Shown piece after piece: positions 1-12,459 of a stretch of 64,000 bases of DNA; position 1 is the first letter of the stretch, and each line of letters starts with the position of its first letter. Location of the stretch: NCBI RefSeq assembly GCF_009914755.1, contig NC_060944.1; one strand, written 5' to 3'. A model generated the notes under the pieces. That model searched no databases, was not told the DNA's origin, and saw only the letters and a program-made list of their open reading frames with translations. Source of the DNA: the human T2T-CHM13v2.0 reference genome, Homo sapiens. The translations under genes were made by a program, and so were the position numbers.

Positions 1-442
1 CAAGATAGTAATAAAAGGTGACCCGAGAGAGTGACTATGTACATATTAATATGTTCTAGCACAGCCTGCCCCACTGTGTCCTAGGAGTAAGGCCCTAGGA
101 AGTATATTTCAGCAAGCACAGGGGGGTTCTAGTGCTGGTGCAGGAGTGAAAGAGTAAATCCTAGCCCCCACAATCCCATGAGTCAATTCCAGTCAGCTAG
201 GCGGTACAAGAGTAAAGGGACATACGGGATTTCCCGGCTTTATAGATTTTTTTTAAAGCTTCTTAAGACACACCCTTGCTATGTATTCAGCAAGTACTAT
301 ATGTCCCAATCTAGGCCTCAAGGATTCTAAGGAGAAACTAGACACAGTCTCCAACCCTCTAGGAGCTCATGACTGACCTTAAAAGCTGATGTTCACCATA
401 AACTCAACAACGCAAAAGAGGGCTGGGTCGGGAGTTGAAATG

Positions 443-1119
<677 letters not shown>

Positions 1120-1420
1120 AAATCCTAAGACAAATGTGTGACGCCAAGAATGTGGTGACACGGGCATTTGATGACATGGAGAACGTTACACGGAGAGAGG
1201 CAACACTCAGGCAGTTCCTGGTACTGTCTAAATGTAAAGAAAGCCTTCTTTGCAGGCTCCGGGATCCTTTCCCCAGTAGACATACTTGTAAAAAGTGAAT
1301 GCTAACGTGTTATTTGAATGCCATTTTAAGTGTGGGGAGGGTGTACTGAAAGGCTTCGTGCAGTGTATGCTTCTGTAAAGTGAAGAGCCACCTGCAGCGA
1401 GTGAGGACTCCCCCACAGTC

Positions 1421-1740
1421 GTCTCCATGGTGACTTCACAGAACAGCAGGCAGCCCCTGCCTTTTCTTGAAAGTTGGGGCTAGAGATTTGAAAGGCTGTG
1501 GAAACCCAGCCACTCCCTGCACTGACACCAGATGGCGCTGGAGATGCTCGCTGGGATGCAGGATGCTTGTGAGAACCTGGTCTCAGGACGACCTGGTGGG
1601 CGTCTTGCAGCGGAGGCAGGTCTGGCCCAGGGTGGTTCTGGCTGAGCACCAAGCAGCAGAGCTCTCAGAGTGGGAACGCACAGCCCCAGTGACAATCAGC
1701 TGAAACAGGGCTGCCCCCCGCCCCGCCCCACCCCGGCCCT
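1421..1740. promoter_or_regulatory. Candidate intronic cis-regulatory module: RFX X-box-like site, CTCF-like core, GC box
   Basis: GTCTCCATGGTGAC at 1421-1434; ACACCAGATGGCGC at 1525-1538; gccccccgccccgccccacccc at about 1713-1735; all in non-repetitive sequence. Motif matches only. Confidence 0.45.
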
Positions 1741-2265
1741 TTTTTTTGTTTGAGCTATTATTTCCCATCAAGTACCTTGATAAGCACTTTTCATGCATTT
1801 TATTGCCTAAGTCCCTTGACAAGGTGATAAGACAGCTGCTATTACCGCTTTTTTTGTTTGTTTGTTTGTTAACAGTAGAGGAAAATGAGGCAAAGAGAGG
1901 GGATGAAACTTGCCCATTTTGAATCCAGGGCTTTCCAGCTCCACAGCACATGACTGTAGCCTACTGTTCGTCCAATGCGTAAGCACATCATAGGTGCCAG
2001 GCACTGCCCTGGGTGCTGTGGACACAGTGATACAAGCCAGGGTCCCAGCCCGCAGGTGCCTGCAGCAAGGGGGAGGCAGGAGCCCCCAGGAGGTGATTTC
2101 AAGATTGGGGCATGAGCACCAGATGGACACAGGCAAAGAGTACTCTGTGATTTGTGCATCTGAAAGCAGCTGTTCTGGGCCAGCCGTGTGCTCTTAAAAG
2201 CATTGGTAGGAACTGTATCCGTCTCCCTGGGGCCTGGGCCTCTGCACTTTGCAGGCTCCGCAAGG

Positions 2266-2738
2266 GTGAAGGTCAATCTTGTGTGTCCTCTTGGCTGAGC
2301 TGTTCCACCCAGCTATTGAAATGCTAGTCTGCATGTTGCTGTGAAGGTATTTTGTAGATGTGGTTGTCACCTGCAGTCGGTGACTTTAAGGGGCTTTGAG
2401 TGGCCCTCTCCAGTCAGTTAAAGGTTTGAGAATAAATTGGAGTTTCCCAGAGAAGAGGAAATCTTGCCTCAAGACTGCGGAATCCACTCCAGCTGCTGGC
2501 CTGCCCTCCAAATCCAGGACTGTACAGCCCCCGCAATCGCATGAGTCAATTCCTTAAAATAAATGTCTTAAAACACACACATATGCACATATATGTGTGT
2601 GTGTGGATGTATATATATATATATATGTATATATAGAATGTGTATGTACAAACATGTATGTGTATGCATATGTATATGTGTGTGTGGTGTGTGTCTATCC
2701 CATTGCTTCTGTGTCTCTGGAGAGCCCTGACCCAAACA
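2266..2738 (+). mobile_element. MLT2-family (ERVL) LTR with internal (TA/TG)n microsatellite at about 2573-2695
   Basis: Typical MLT2 segments: gagtcaattccttaaaataaat and the end tctgtgtctctggagagccctgac. Confidence 0.75.
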
Positions 2739-3386
2739 CCAGGTGACTCTCAAGAGCTGCCAGGGTGGAGAACCAAAGCTTTAAAATGAGGAGTCCTGGT
2801 CATCAAGGTAAAGGCTTTCCACATAGGGACAGCTTGAGCCTGGGCGTGGAGATGAGACGCGTGAGGTGCACAGGGTAGCGTGGTTGTTGCATAGCCCAGT
2901 GTGAGACCTAGGGACTGGCCAGGGAGAGAGACCTTTATTCACCCTGTAAAGAAAGCTGGAATTCAAAAGACACCAAAGTGTGAAGCCTCTGAGGGTTGTC
3001 CCAAGTCACTCACCTCCTGGCTATGTGGCCTTGGGCTACACTGTGGGACGTTGTCATCTGCAAAATAGGAAAACTAAATCCTAGCACCTGCCTTATAGGG
3101 CTGCGGGGAGATGACATGGGAAACGCATTCAAAGGCTACCTCTGGGCCTGGCATACCGCAAGGGCTCATTCAATCTTGGCTGCTCTTGCTGCCACTGGTG
3201 GGAAGCAGTGTGGGATCTCCTGCAGCTGAACTGATCTTTCTGGAGTGCAGACCTGATGCCGTCTGTCATGATTCAAGCCTTGGAAAGGGCCCCAGGACTT
3301 TCCGAGGGTGGGAGGGTGGGCTCCAGAGAAAAGACAGGGAGGGGCCATGAGGAGGCTCAGGCAGGAGGGGATGGGGTCTGCAGGGA

Positions 3387-3745
3387 GTGTCAGAGTCAGC
3401 TCCAGCTGCCGTAACAGGATACCACAGAGTGGATGCCTGAAACGACAGACGTTTGTTTTCTTACCATTCTGGAGGCTGAAAGTCCAAGAACAAGGTGATT
3501 TCCAGTGAGGCCTCTCTCTGTGTCTTTATAGGGCCGTTCCCCTGTGTGCTGGTTGGTGAGAGTGGGTGATGAGTACTCTGGCCTCTGTTTCCTCTACAAG
3601 GACACCAGTTCCATCAGATCAGGGCCCCGCTCTTGCAACCTCCTTTAACCTTAGTTACCTCCTTACAGGCCCTACCCACAAATACAGTCACATTGTGGGT
3701 CAAAGCTTCAACTTGTGAATTCTGGGGCAGAGCGGTGGTACACAG
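3387..3745 (-). mobile_element. MLT1-family MaLR LTR
   Basis: gctgccgtaacaggataccacaga…ttctggaggctgaaagtccaaga…aaatacagtcacattg…cttcaac pattern. Confidence 0.7.
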
Positions 3746-4881
3746 GTGAATCATAATGTGGGAGACTGAGGCAGAGAGGAGAAACTGGCAGGAGCTGGGG
3801 AGTGGGGATGGTGCTGCTGGACTCCATTCTTGCAGCTGTGGGCCCCTGGCTGAAAGAGAAAGCGCAGAGGGGAGGAAGCGGGAGATGATTCGCCAGCGAC
3901 CTGAGTTGACTAGAGAGGGGCCCTGCCCAGCTCCACGCTGACAGGGACCATATAGTCAGTCAAGAGCGTTTATTGAGCACCTCCTGCATGCACTGTGAGG
4001 AAAGCCAAGTCACATCCACAGAGGAAGGCCGTGGTCAGCAGCACCAGCATCTGTCCAGTGGGTGTGTCCCTGGCATGTTGCACCAGCACAGCGTGTGAGG
4101 TCCGATCCTTAAAGCTGCTTCATTTTGTTTTCCAGCAGCCCTCTGCATCCCCTGCCCTGCATCCCCTTCCCTGCATCCCCTGCTTCTGGTTTTCCAATGG
4201 CCCTCTGCCTCCCCTGCATCCCCAGGTAGCACTAGACTTTTCTGTTTATTTGCAGGTAGTGAACTGCCACTGAGTCTGAGTCGTAAACACTGTTTGGATT
4301 CAGAGGTCAGAATATCCTTCCCCTGTGATGCTCAAACTTCTGAGTCAGTTCGGTGTTTTGCCAGCTCCCTCCTCAACTGAGCCCCTCTGTGGCAGGAGGC
4401 CTGGGGCTGGGATCCTCCCCTTTGCCCTGCTCATTCCCCAGCTTCTGCGTGTGTGCCCCCAGGGAGTGCAGGCTAGCCTGGTGTCTGGGGGCCTTGGCTG
4501 GGCTCTGAGCTCTGTGTGGCCATTCAGTTTGCCCACTTGGGTCCCAGTCTGTGGGGCTGGCACCTGCTGGAGGTTCAATTTCCCTTCAAAAAAGGTCATG
4601 GTGATCCCTCTGAGAATTACTTTGAGAACCTGACAACTCAATGATGTGAGATTGCCTACTCCAAGGCCCTTCTGTGGGGGACAGCGAGGGCTGCTGTGGC
4701 CTCCTGCTCCTCTCTCTTTAAGATGAGCAGGTCCATCCACAGCAGCCCAGGGAGCAGCCCTGGGGGCAGAGCCATCAAGGACCTGGTGGAGCCATCCTGA
4801 AACTTCAACAGGTCAGGGTGGCCATTGTGCGCGGCATGGCACTTAGCACAGCTGAGCAGTTAAAGGGGTATATGGAGGGCC

Positions 4882-5158
4882 CTCTGTGCAGTTGACAGGT
4901 GTCTGTGGAGCACTCTCTGTGCCATTGACGGGTGTCCATGGAGCGCTGTCTGTGCAGCTGACAGGTCTCCACAGAGCACTCTCTGTGCAGTTGACGGGTG
5001 TCCATGGAGCTCTTTCTGTGCAGTTGACAGATGTCCGTGGAGCTCTCTCTGTGCAGTTGACAGGTGTTTACAGAAGTCTTTTTCTGTGCAGTTGACGGGT
5101 GTCCATGGAGCGCTCTCTGTGTAGTTAACAGGTATTTACAGAAGTCTCTTTCTGTGCT
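4882..5158. repeat. 33-35 bp minisatellite, about 8 copies (CTCTGTGCAGTTGACGGGTGTCCATGGAGCGCT)
   Basis: Units read directly from the sequence; gives the 11-aa periodic ORFs 4886..5095 and 4805..5179. Confidence 0.95.
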
Positions 5159-6228
5159 GCTTGTAGAAGTCCTCAACAATGGTGATCTTCACTAATCACT
5201 ATTTTTTTTTTCAGGAAGTATGCAGGACTTTTGCAATCCAACGTGCATGTGTTATTTTAAATTTCATGGCTATGGTGGCAGTGGTGTCAGAGTAAGGGAA
5301 ATCATGCAGAGTGGAAGCAAGAGGAAACCCTGTCACTTGTGCCCTATTCTGTTGCAAAACCATGTCCCAGTGCTGGCCTAGACACACGGGGTAGGAAAAT
5401 AGACACCACGTTTTTGTAGGAAGATTGGAGAATAGTGGTCTCCTTGCACTTGACCTGCTGTGAAGAGTTGATGTTAACTTCTTGGTGAGTATGTAAATTA
5501 CATCCATGGGCACAGGCGTTCTCGCAGAGGATGCCCCATCCAGGCCTGTGATGCAACTGCAGTGCCCTGGCAAGTGCACTGGCTTCCGGGGCTGGGCTGG
5601 GGAGGGCACTGAGCTGAGATCCAGAGGAGGAGCAGAGGTGGGAGGGTCTCACAGGCTCAGAAGCTCCAGGGTGGAAGGAAGCCCAGCCTTTGAGGGACGA
5701 AAGGGAAGAAGACAGGCAGAGATCATTCTGGAGAAGCCAGTAGGGGAGTGGCCATGTGCAGCCTTGTCTACTATGCCAGTGATCTCACTCTTTATATAAA
5801 GAAAATGCACAAGAGATATAGGGACATCTTTGTGGCTGTTGTTCTGCCAACAACCGTGGCACACACAAAAACCCTCACAGCAGGAGCCCAGGAGGAGAAG
5901 AGAGTCCCCATTCCACTCCTTAGACAGCCCCTCTGGCCAGGAGCTGGAGAGGAGAGTTTCCAGTGCCATTCCTTAGTCAGGCGCCCTGGGCTAGAGCTCA
6001 GGCTTTCAGACAGAGCCTGACTTTTCCACACCCACTTCCTACTGGTTTACAGCTACTGTATAAAGCAAAGCACCCTCACTTTCCTCTTTGTGACAGGTAG
6101 TGATGCTTTTTACAGAAACTAGACTTTATAGAAGCCTGGAGGTGTGGAATGGTAGAGATCCACAGGACTCTGTAGTGAACATGCAACACCAGCTCCCATC
6201 TGAAATACACACCCACAGATGCATTTTT

Positions 6229-6539
6229 CCGTTTTATTTTATTTCTTCCATAAGTTATTGGGGTACAGGTGGTATTTGCTTATGTGAGTAAGTTATTTGT
6301 GAGATCCTTGTGCACTCATCACCCAAGCAGTAAACACTGCACCATATTTGTTTGTCTTCTATCCCTTGCCCCCCTCCCACTCTTCTCCCCAAGACCCCAA
6401 TGTCCATTGTATCATTCTTATGCCTTTGCATTCTCATAGCTTAGCTCCCACACATAAGTGAGAACATACGATGTTTGGTTTTCCATTCCTGAGTTACTTC
6501 ACTTAGAATAATAGCCTCCAATCTCATCCACGTCATCGT
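6229..6539 (-). mobile_element. 5'-truncated L1 (L1PB-like) 3' end
   Basis: L1 3' UTR sequence (agtgagaacatacgatgtttggttttccattcctgagttacttcacttagaataat); 14-bp TSD acagatgc[a/g]ttttt at 6215-6228 and 6540-6553. Confidence 0.88.
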
Positions 6540-7249
6540 ACAGATGCGTTTTTCTCTAGAGAAAGTTCATCAGCCCAGAAGGCCTGCCTGGGCGCTTCCC
6601 TTTCAGACTGAGGGATAGTGACACTTCCCTTACCCTCAGGCACCCATTGCAGGGTCTGGATGCCCCCCACACCTGGCAGCCCCTCCTCCCCCATTGTTGG
6701 CTCCCTCCTCTCATTAACCTCCAACCCTGCTCTCTCCCTGGCTCCCAGGACACCATCCCTGCCTTTCTTCCTGCCATCCTGGCCCCTCTTCCCTGACCCG
6801 CCCCTAAAGGTGAGCAGGCCCAAGCTTCCTGGCTCCTTCCTTTGCTGGCTCTGTGCTCTCTCTTGAGGCTCAACCTCACATCTGTCCCCATACGTGGATC
6901 ATCACAAATCTCCATCCCTGGCTCCAGCTCTTTCTGATGCTAAAACCCCACATGTCCATTTGTCCACTGTCCCTGCAGAGGCCCTGATGCACCCTGAGTT
7001 CAGCAGAGCCAAAGCTAACCTTGTCCTCTTTCCCAGGAAACCCGCTCAACTTCCCAGATCCTCATACTCAGCTAATGTCATCTCCATGTTTCCACATCAA
7101 AGCCCAGGCAGTCCCCTCCTCCAACATCACAGCCCCACTCATTCAGAAAAGATGTGCCATGATGTATGTGTCAGGCATGGCAGGGAGAGTTTGCCCTCAA
7201 GACCCCCAGAGTCTGGTGTCGGCATCTATAACAGTGTCACTGTTGTTTC

Positions 7250-7980
7250 AGAAAACGTCAGGCACTTCTGCCTCTGGCCATGATGAAGCGATGGTAGCTG
7301 CCCTCCCACTAAAATCAAACGAGAGACTGGACAAAATGAATGAGAGGACTGTTTCGAGGCATTAAACAGCAACAGTACATGCCTGTTATCCTTGAGAGAG
7401 TGGAGACCCCTGGGTTAGCCCATAATTGATCTCCCTGGTTTCTGGGGGAGGCATCTTCCTGCAGGGTGCAGGGAGGTGGCCTCTGAGCAGAGTGGTGATC
7501 TCACCGAGATGAGGAGGTGGAGACTGGAGTCTGGGCTACTGAAACAGCTGGAGTTTATAGGACAGGAAGGAGCTATGTAACGGGTTCTGTGCAGATCCAG
7601 TTGGCCATAGCCTGGGCTATGCCTATATGCAGAATTCTACAGACTTAGCAGGGATTGCCTGTGAGCATGACAGCTGAAGCTCAGGGGGTGCTAGGAGATG
7701 TTGGGAGTTCAGCTCAAACAGAATGAAGAGATCTTGATGAATGCAACAGACTGTTGAAATCCCACAAAGACCAAGACTTAGGAGTAAGGGGCATACCTTA
7801 AGGCTTTGTTCAAAACCAAAATGGACCTGCAGTTATTATAAATATGTTAGAGGTCTTAGAGTGTCAACAAAATGATCACAATGAATGACCAGATGGAGAA
7901 TCTTAGCAGAGAAACAGAAACAAAAAGAAAACCAAATGGAAGTTCTAGAATTAAAAGGTACAATATCTGAAAATGTCACT
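7250..7980 (+). mobile_element. Old L1M 5' UTR/ORF1 remnant
   Basis: acttctgcctctggccatgatg start; gaaccaaatggaagttctagaattaaaaggtacaatatctgaaa coiled-coil ORF1-like segment. Confidence 0.6.
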
Positions 7981-8379
7981 GCTTGTGCAAAACAGACTCC
8001 AGGACTGTTCTCACACAGGGGCTTATAAAGCCAGGACATAGGCCAGGCTGGGAGGAGTTGGGGAATCCCTGCCACCCTCCTCTTTCCTGGGATTCATTAC
8101 TCCCTCTACCCAAATGCCAAAGCCTCATGCACATCAATTCATGCAGCCTGAACCCAGCAGGATCCACGACTGCCAATCCTGGCTTGCAGTTTGTGCTGGG
8201 AAATGGCTGCATTAGCAACGTGGAGACATACTTCCTTGTAACTAAGACTTTGTGCATCTCTGTAATTATGTCCTTAGGATAAATTCCAACATGCAGGCTA
8301 ATTGAGAAAAAGATATCTCATCATGAGTTTATTTTAACTCTAAAGCCTCTTTGCCTTATGTTCTTATTTATATACATTT

Positions 8380-8550
8380 CCTTTTTTTCTCTTTTTTAAA
8401 ATTTAACTTTAAAGTTCAGGGGTACATGTGCAGGTTTGTTATATAGATAAACTTGTGTCATGAGGGTTTGTTGTACAGATTATTTCGTCACCCAGGTATT
8501 AATCTTAGTACCCATTAGTTAGTTTTCCTGATCCTCTCCCTTCTCCCACC
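8380..8550 (-). mobile_element. L1PA (older) 3' end fragment
   Basis: T-rich tail followed by gttcaggggtacatgtgcaggtttgttatatag. Confidence 0.85.
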
Positions 8551-9339
8551 ACATTGGCATCCTTTTTCTTCTCTAGAGAGTATCTGAGACTGGTTCTAAA
8601 AGCAGTAGCCAGCCCGGTGATACAGGGAGAAATAGCCAAAAGAGCTCCTGCCAAAACCTACAGTAATCAGAAACTTTGACTCAGGAATTCTCCCCTTTCT
8701 AGGGATCAAGCTGATGGAAATATTCATATGCATGCAGAGAAATGCAGGAATGAGGACATTTTCTGCGGCTTTGGTTAGAAGTAGAAAAACAAACACTAAC
8801 CTAAGTGTCCATTCATGGTGAGCTGGACCAATAAATGATGGGATTATGTGATGTTCACACTGTGGGGTTATTAACAGCTATTGAAAGAGCTGGATTAAAA
8901 CACCCTGCTTTGGAACCAGGACCAGCTGTGGTGTGGAGGAAACAGCATATTGCAAAGTAGTGTGTATGGTATGATCCTACTTTTGTAAGACATCAGAATT
9001 AAGTGGGAGTCTGTAAATTGTTAATTGTGTAGAAGTAGGTCTGGAAGTAGATACTGCAAAATGTTAGCAGTCGCTTTTTTTAGAGGTGAGATGTGGGCAG
9101 AGAAAGGAATACTATCTTTCCTTAATACTATTAGGCTTAAGTTGTTTGCAACGAGCATACATTATTTTTGTAGCTGAGGAAGAGAACATAGTTCTTTGAG
9201 CTTTGCTGGGAGGCAGTCAGCTCTCTGGTCTCAGCTATGACCTGGGACAACTCATATCTCCATGAACTTTGGTGTTCTTTTCATTAATTCACTAGGGAGG
9301 TGAGGGTAGAAGGAGAGCCTGGTGAGCACCTTTCAGCTC

Positions 9340-9678
9340 CACCATGGTATGAATGTTTGTCTCCTCCAAAACTCATGTTGAAATTTAATTGCCATTATAA
9401 CAGTATTAAGAGGTGGGACTTCTAAAAGGTGATTGGGCCATGAGAGCTCCGCCATCATGGATGGGATTAATGCTGGTATAAAAGAGTCTGTCTGGCCCTC
9501 TCTCAGCCTCTCTTTGCCCTTCTGTTATGTTATGACATAACAAGAAGGCCCCTTGTTATGCTGGTACCTTGCTGTTGGACTTCCCAGCCTCCAAAACTGT
9601 GAGCCAATAAATTTCTGTTCAATGTAAATTACCCAGTCTTGGGTATTCTGTTATAGCAGCATGAAACAAACTAAGATG
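9340..9678 (+). mobile_element. MST/MLT1-type MaLR solo LTR
   Basis: ctccaaaactcatgttgaaattt…ggacttcccagcctccaaaactgtgagccaataaatttctg…ttatagcagc…aactaaga. Confidence 0.85.
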
Positions 9679-9854
9679 GGCTCTAATTCTGATGGTCAGA
9701 GCAAGCTCCCTGGTAGGTTGAAGGGTGGCTCTGACTGGGACTCCCCATTGGGAAGCAAATCACCCTACAGCCTTGTCCTCTGGGAAGTCCTGACCTCAAG
9801 GAGCACTGCCCAGAGGAGTGGCTAGAGGGTCACTCTGGAGAAGCATGTGAGCAC

Positions 9855-10077
9855 TTTTCTTTTTTCTTTTTTTTTTTTTAACTGAAGTTTTAGGGTACAT
9901 GTGCACAGTGCTGGTTTGTTACATATGTGTACATGTGCCATGTTGGTGTGCTGCACCCATTAACTCGTCATTTACATTAGGCATATCTTCTAATGCTATC
10001 CCTCCCCCACCCCCCACCCCACAACAGGCCCCGGTGTGTGATGGTCCTGTTCCTGTGTCCATGTGTTCTCATTGTTT
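9855..10077 (-). mobile_element. L1PA (young primate) 3' end fragment
   Basis: ttttagggtacatgtgcac…ctgcacccattaactcgtcatttacattagg…cacaacaggccccggtgtgtgatg. Confidence 0.9.
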
Positions 10078-11152
10078 CATACTGATTGTATTTCTATTTA
10101 TTTTTGCAAACAGGTGGTATACTCAGTATACATTGCTCAAAGGAGCCCCAGTGCTACTGGTTTCTTATCTGTCCCATTGGGGCTGTTTTATGCTTATACA
10201 AGCGAAGATACATTAATATATGTTAAGCTTTTCCATCTTGGAGATTAGGTATCAGGGAGAAGACTGATGTGAGATCTGCCTCCTCTTCTTTGTCCCTTTC
10301 CTGTCTCCCCACTCACCTAGGAATAGAAGGGAGGATTCTGACGACTAGTCTTAGAGCCAGGCACCTCTCTTCACTCTAGAGAGGGCAGCTCTTCCTGGGA
10401 TCAAAGTGCCATGTGTGGTCTTCTTGGAGTGGGGCTATCAGGAACAGCTGGGAACAAATGAGGGGCCTTGGAAGCATCAACCAGGTCTCATCTGTTGATG
10501 GACATATGGGTTGTTTTTAGTTATTACAAATAAATCTGTGATCAGCATTTGTGTACAAGTCTTTGTGTGGACATATGCTTTCACTTATCTTGGATAAATA
10601 GCTAGAAGTGGAATGGCTGAGTCATGTGGTAGGTTTTTAACTTTTTAATAACCGGAAAAATGTGAAGTGATCCTGCCATTTAGAGTGGTCCTCTGATATA
10701 TTCTCACCATCAAGGTATTAGAGTTTCAGTTCCTCCACATCCTCTCCAATACTTGATGTGGTCAGTCTTTTTAATTTCATGTAAAGAACTCTGTGCAGAT
10801 CCAGTTGGCCAAGGGCTGGGCTATGCCTATATGCAGAATTCCACAGACTTAGCAGAGAGTTAGAATTTAATTTTTAATTCTAGTGGGTGTGTTGTGGTGT
10901 CTTATTATGGTTTTAATTTGCATTTTTTCTAATAATTAATGATGTTGAGCATTTTTTCATATACTTATCACCATATCTTTGTTGGGAAAATATCTATTAA
11001 AATCTTCCCATTTTTCAAAATTAGGTCAATTGATTTTTATGTTTGAGAGTTTCATTGGTCTGTGTGTCTGTTTTTATGCTGCTTTAGTTATTATACCAAA
11101 ATATTGTTTGGTACCATGCTGTTTTGGTTACTATAGCTTTGTAGTATATCTA

Positions 11153-11459
11153 TTTATTTTATTTTATTTTTTTAGAGACAGGGTCTCACTCTGTTGTCCA
11201 GGCTGGAGTGCAGTGGTATAACCACAGCTCACTGAAGCCTTGACCTCTTGGGCTCAAGTGATCCTCAAACATTGGCTTTCTGAGTAGCCGAGACTATAGA
11301 CATGTACCACCACACCCAGTTAATTTTTGTATTTTTTTTTGTAGAGACGAGGTCTCACTATGTTTTCCAGGGTGCTCTTGAACTCTTGAGCTCAAGCATT
11401 TCTCCCACCTTGGCCTCTCAAAGTGTTGGGATTACAGGTGTGAGCCCCTGCACCCAGCC
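11153..11459 (-). mobile_element. AluJ element
   Basis: agagacagggtctcactctg and ttgggctcaagtgatcctc J-type positions; TSD gtagtatatct at 11141-11151 and 11464-11474. Confidence 0.92.
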
Positions 11460-12071
11460 TATAGTAGTATATCTTGAAGTCAGGTAGTGTTGTGCCTCCA
11501 GCTTCGTTCTTGCTCAAGATTGCTGTAAATATTCAGTGTCTTTTGTGGCTCCATACCAATTTTAGATTCATTGTTTTCCTATTTTTATGAATAATGTCAT
11601 TGGTATTTTGATAAAGATTGCATTGAATCTGTGTATCACTTTGGATAATATGGGCATTTTAACAATGTTTATTCTTCCCAGCCATGGACAAAGGATATTT
11701 TTTCATTTATTTGTGTCATCTTCAATTTCTTTCAATGATTCATAATTTTCAGAATACAGATCTTTCATCTCCTTGGTTATATTTATTCCCATTTTACTTT
11801 TTTGTAGCTATTGTGAATGGGATTATTTTCTTGATTTCTTTTTCAGATAGTTTGCTATTGCTGTACAGAAACAGTAGGGATTTTTGTATGTTGATTTTTG
11901 TATCCTGCAACTTTATGGAATTTGTTTATTTTAACAGTCTTTTGGTGAGGTCTTTAGGGTTTTCTATATAGAAGTTCATGTCATCTGCAGACAGGAACAA
12001 TTTAGCTTTTCCTTTCTAATTTGGATGCCTTTTTTTTTTCTGTAGCCTAATTGCTCTGGCTAGGACTTCTA

Positions 12072-12459
<388 letters not shown>

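Noticed and set aside
4882-5158. CRISPR-like appearance of the 33-bp and 50-bp repeats
   Set aside because: Units are head-to-tail with no unique spacers, there are no cas genes, and the context is primate DNA.
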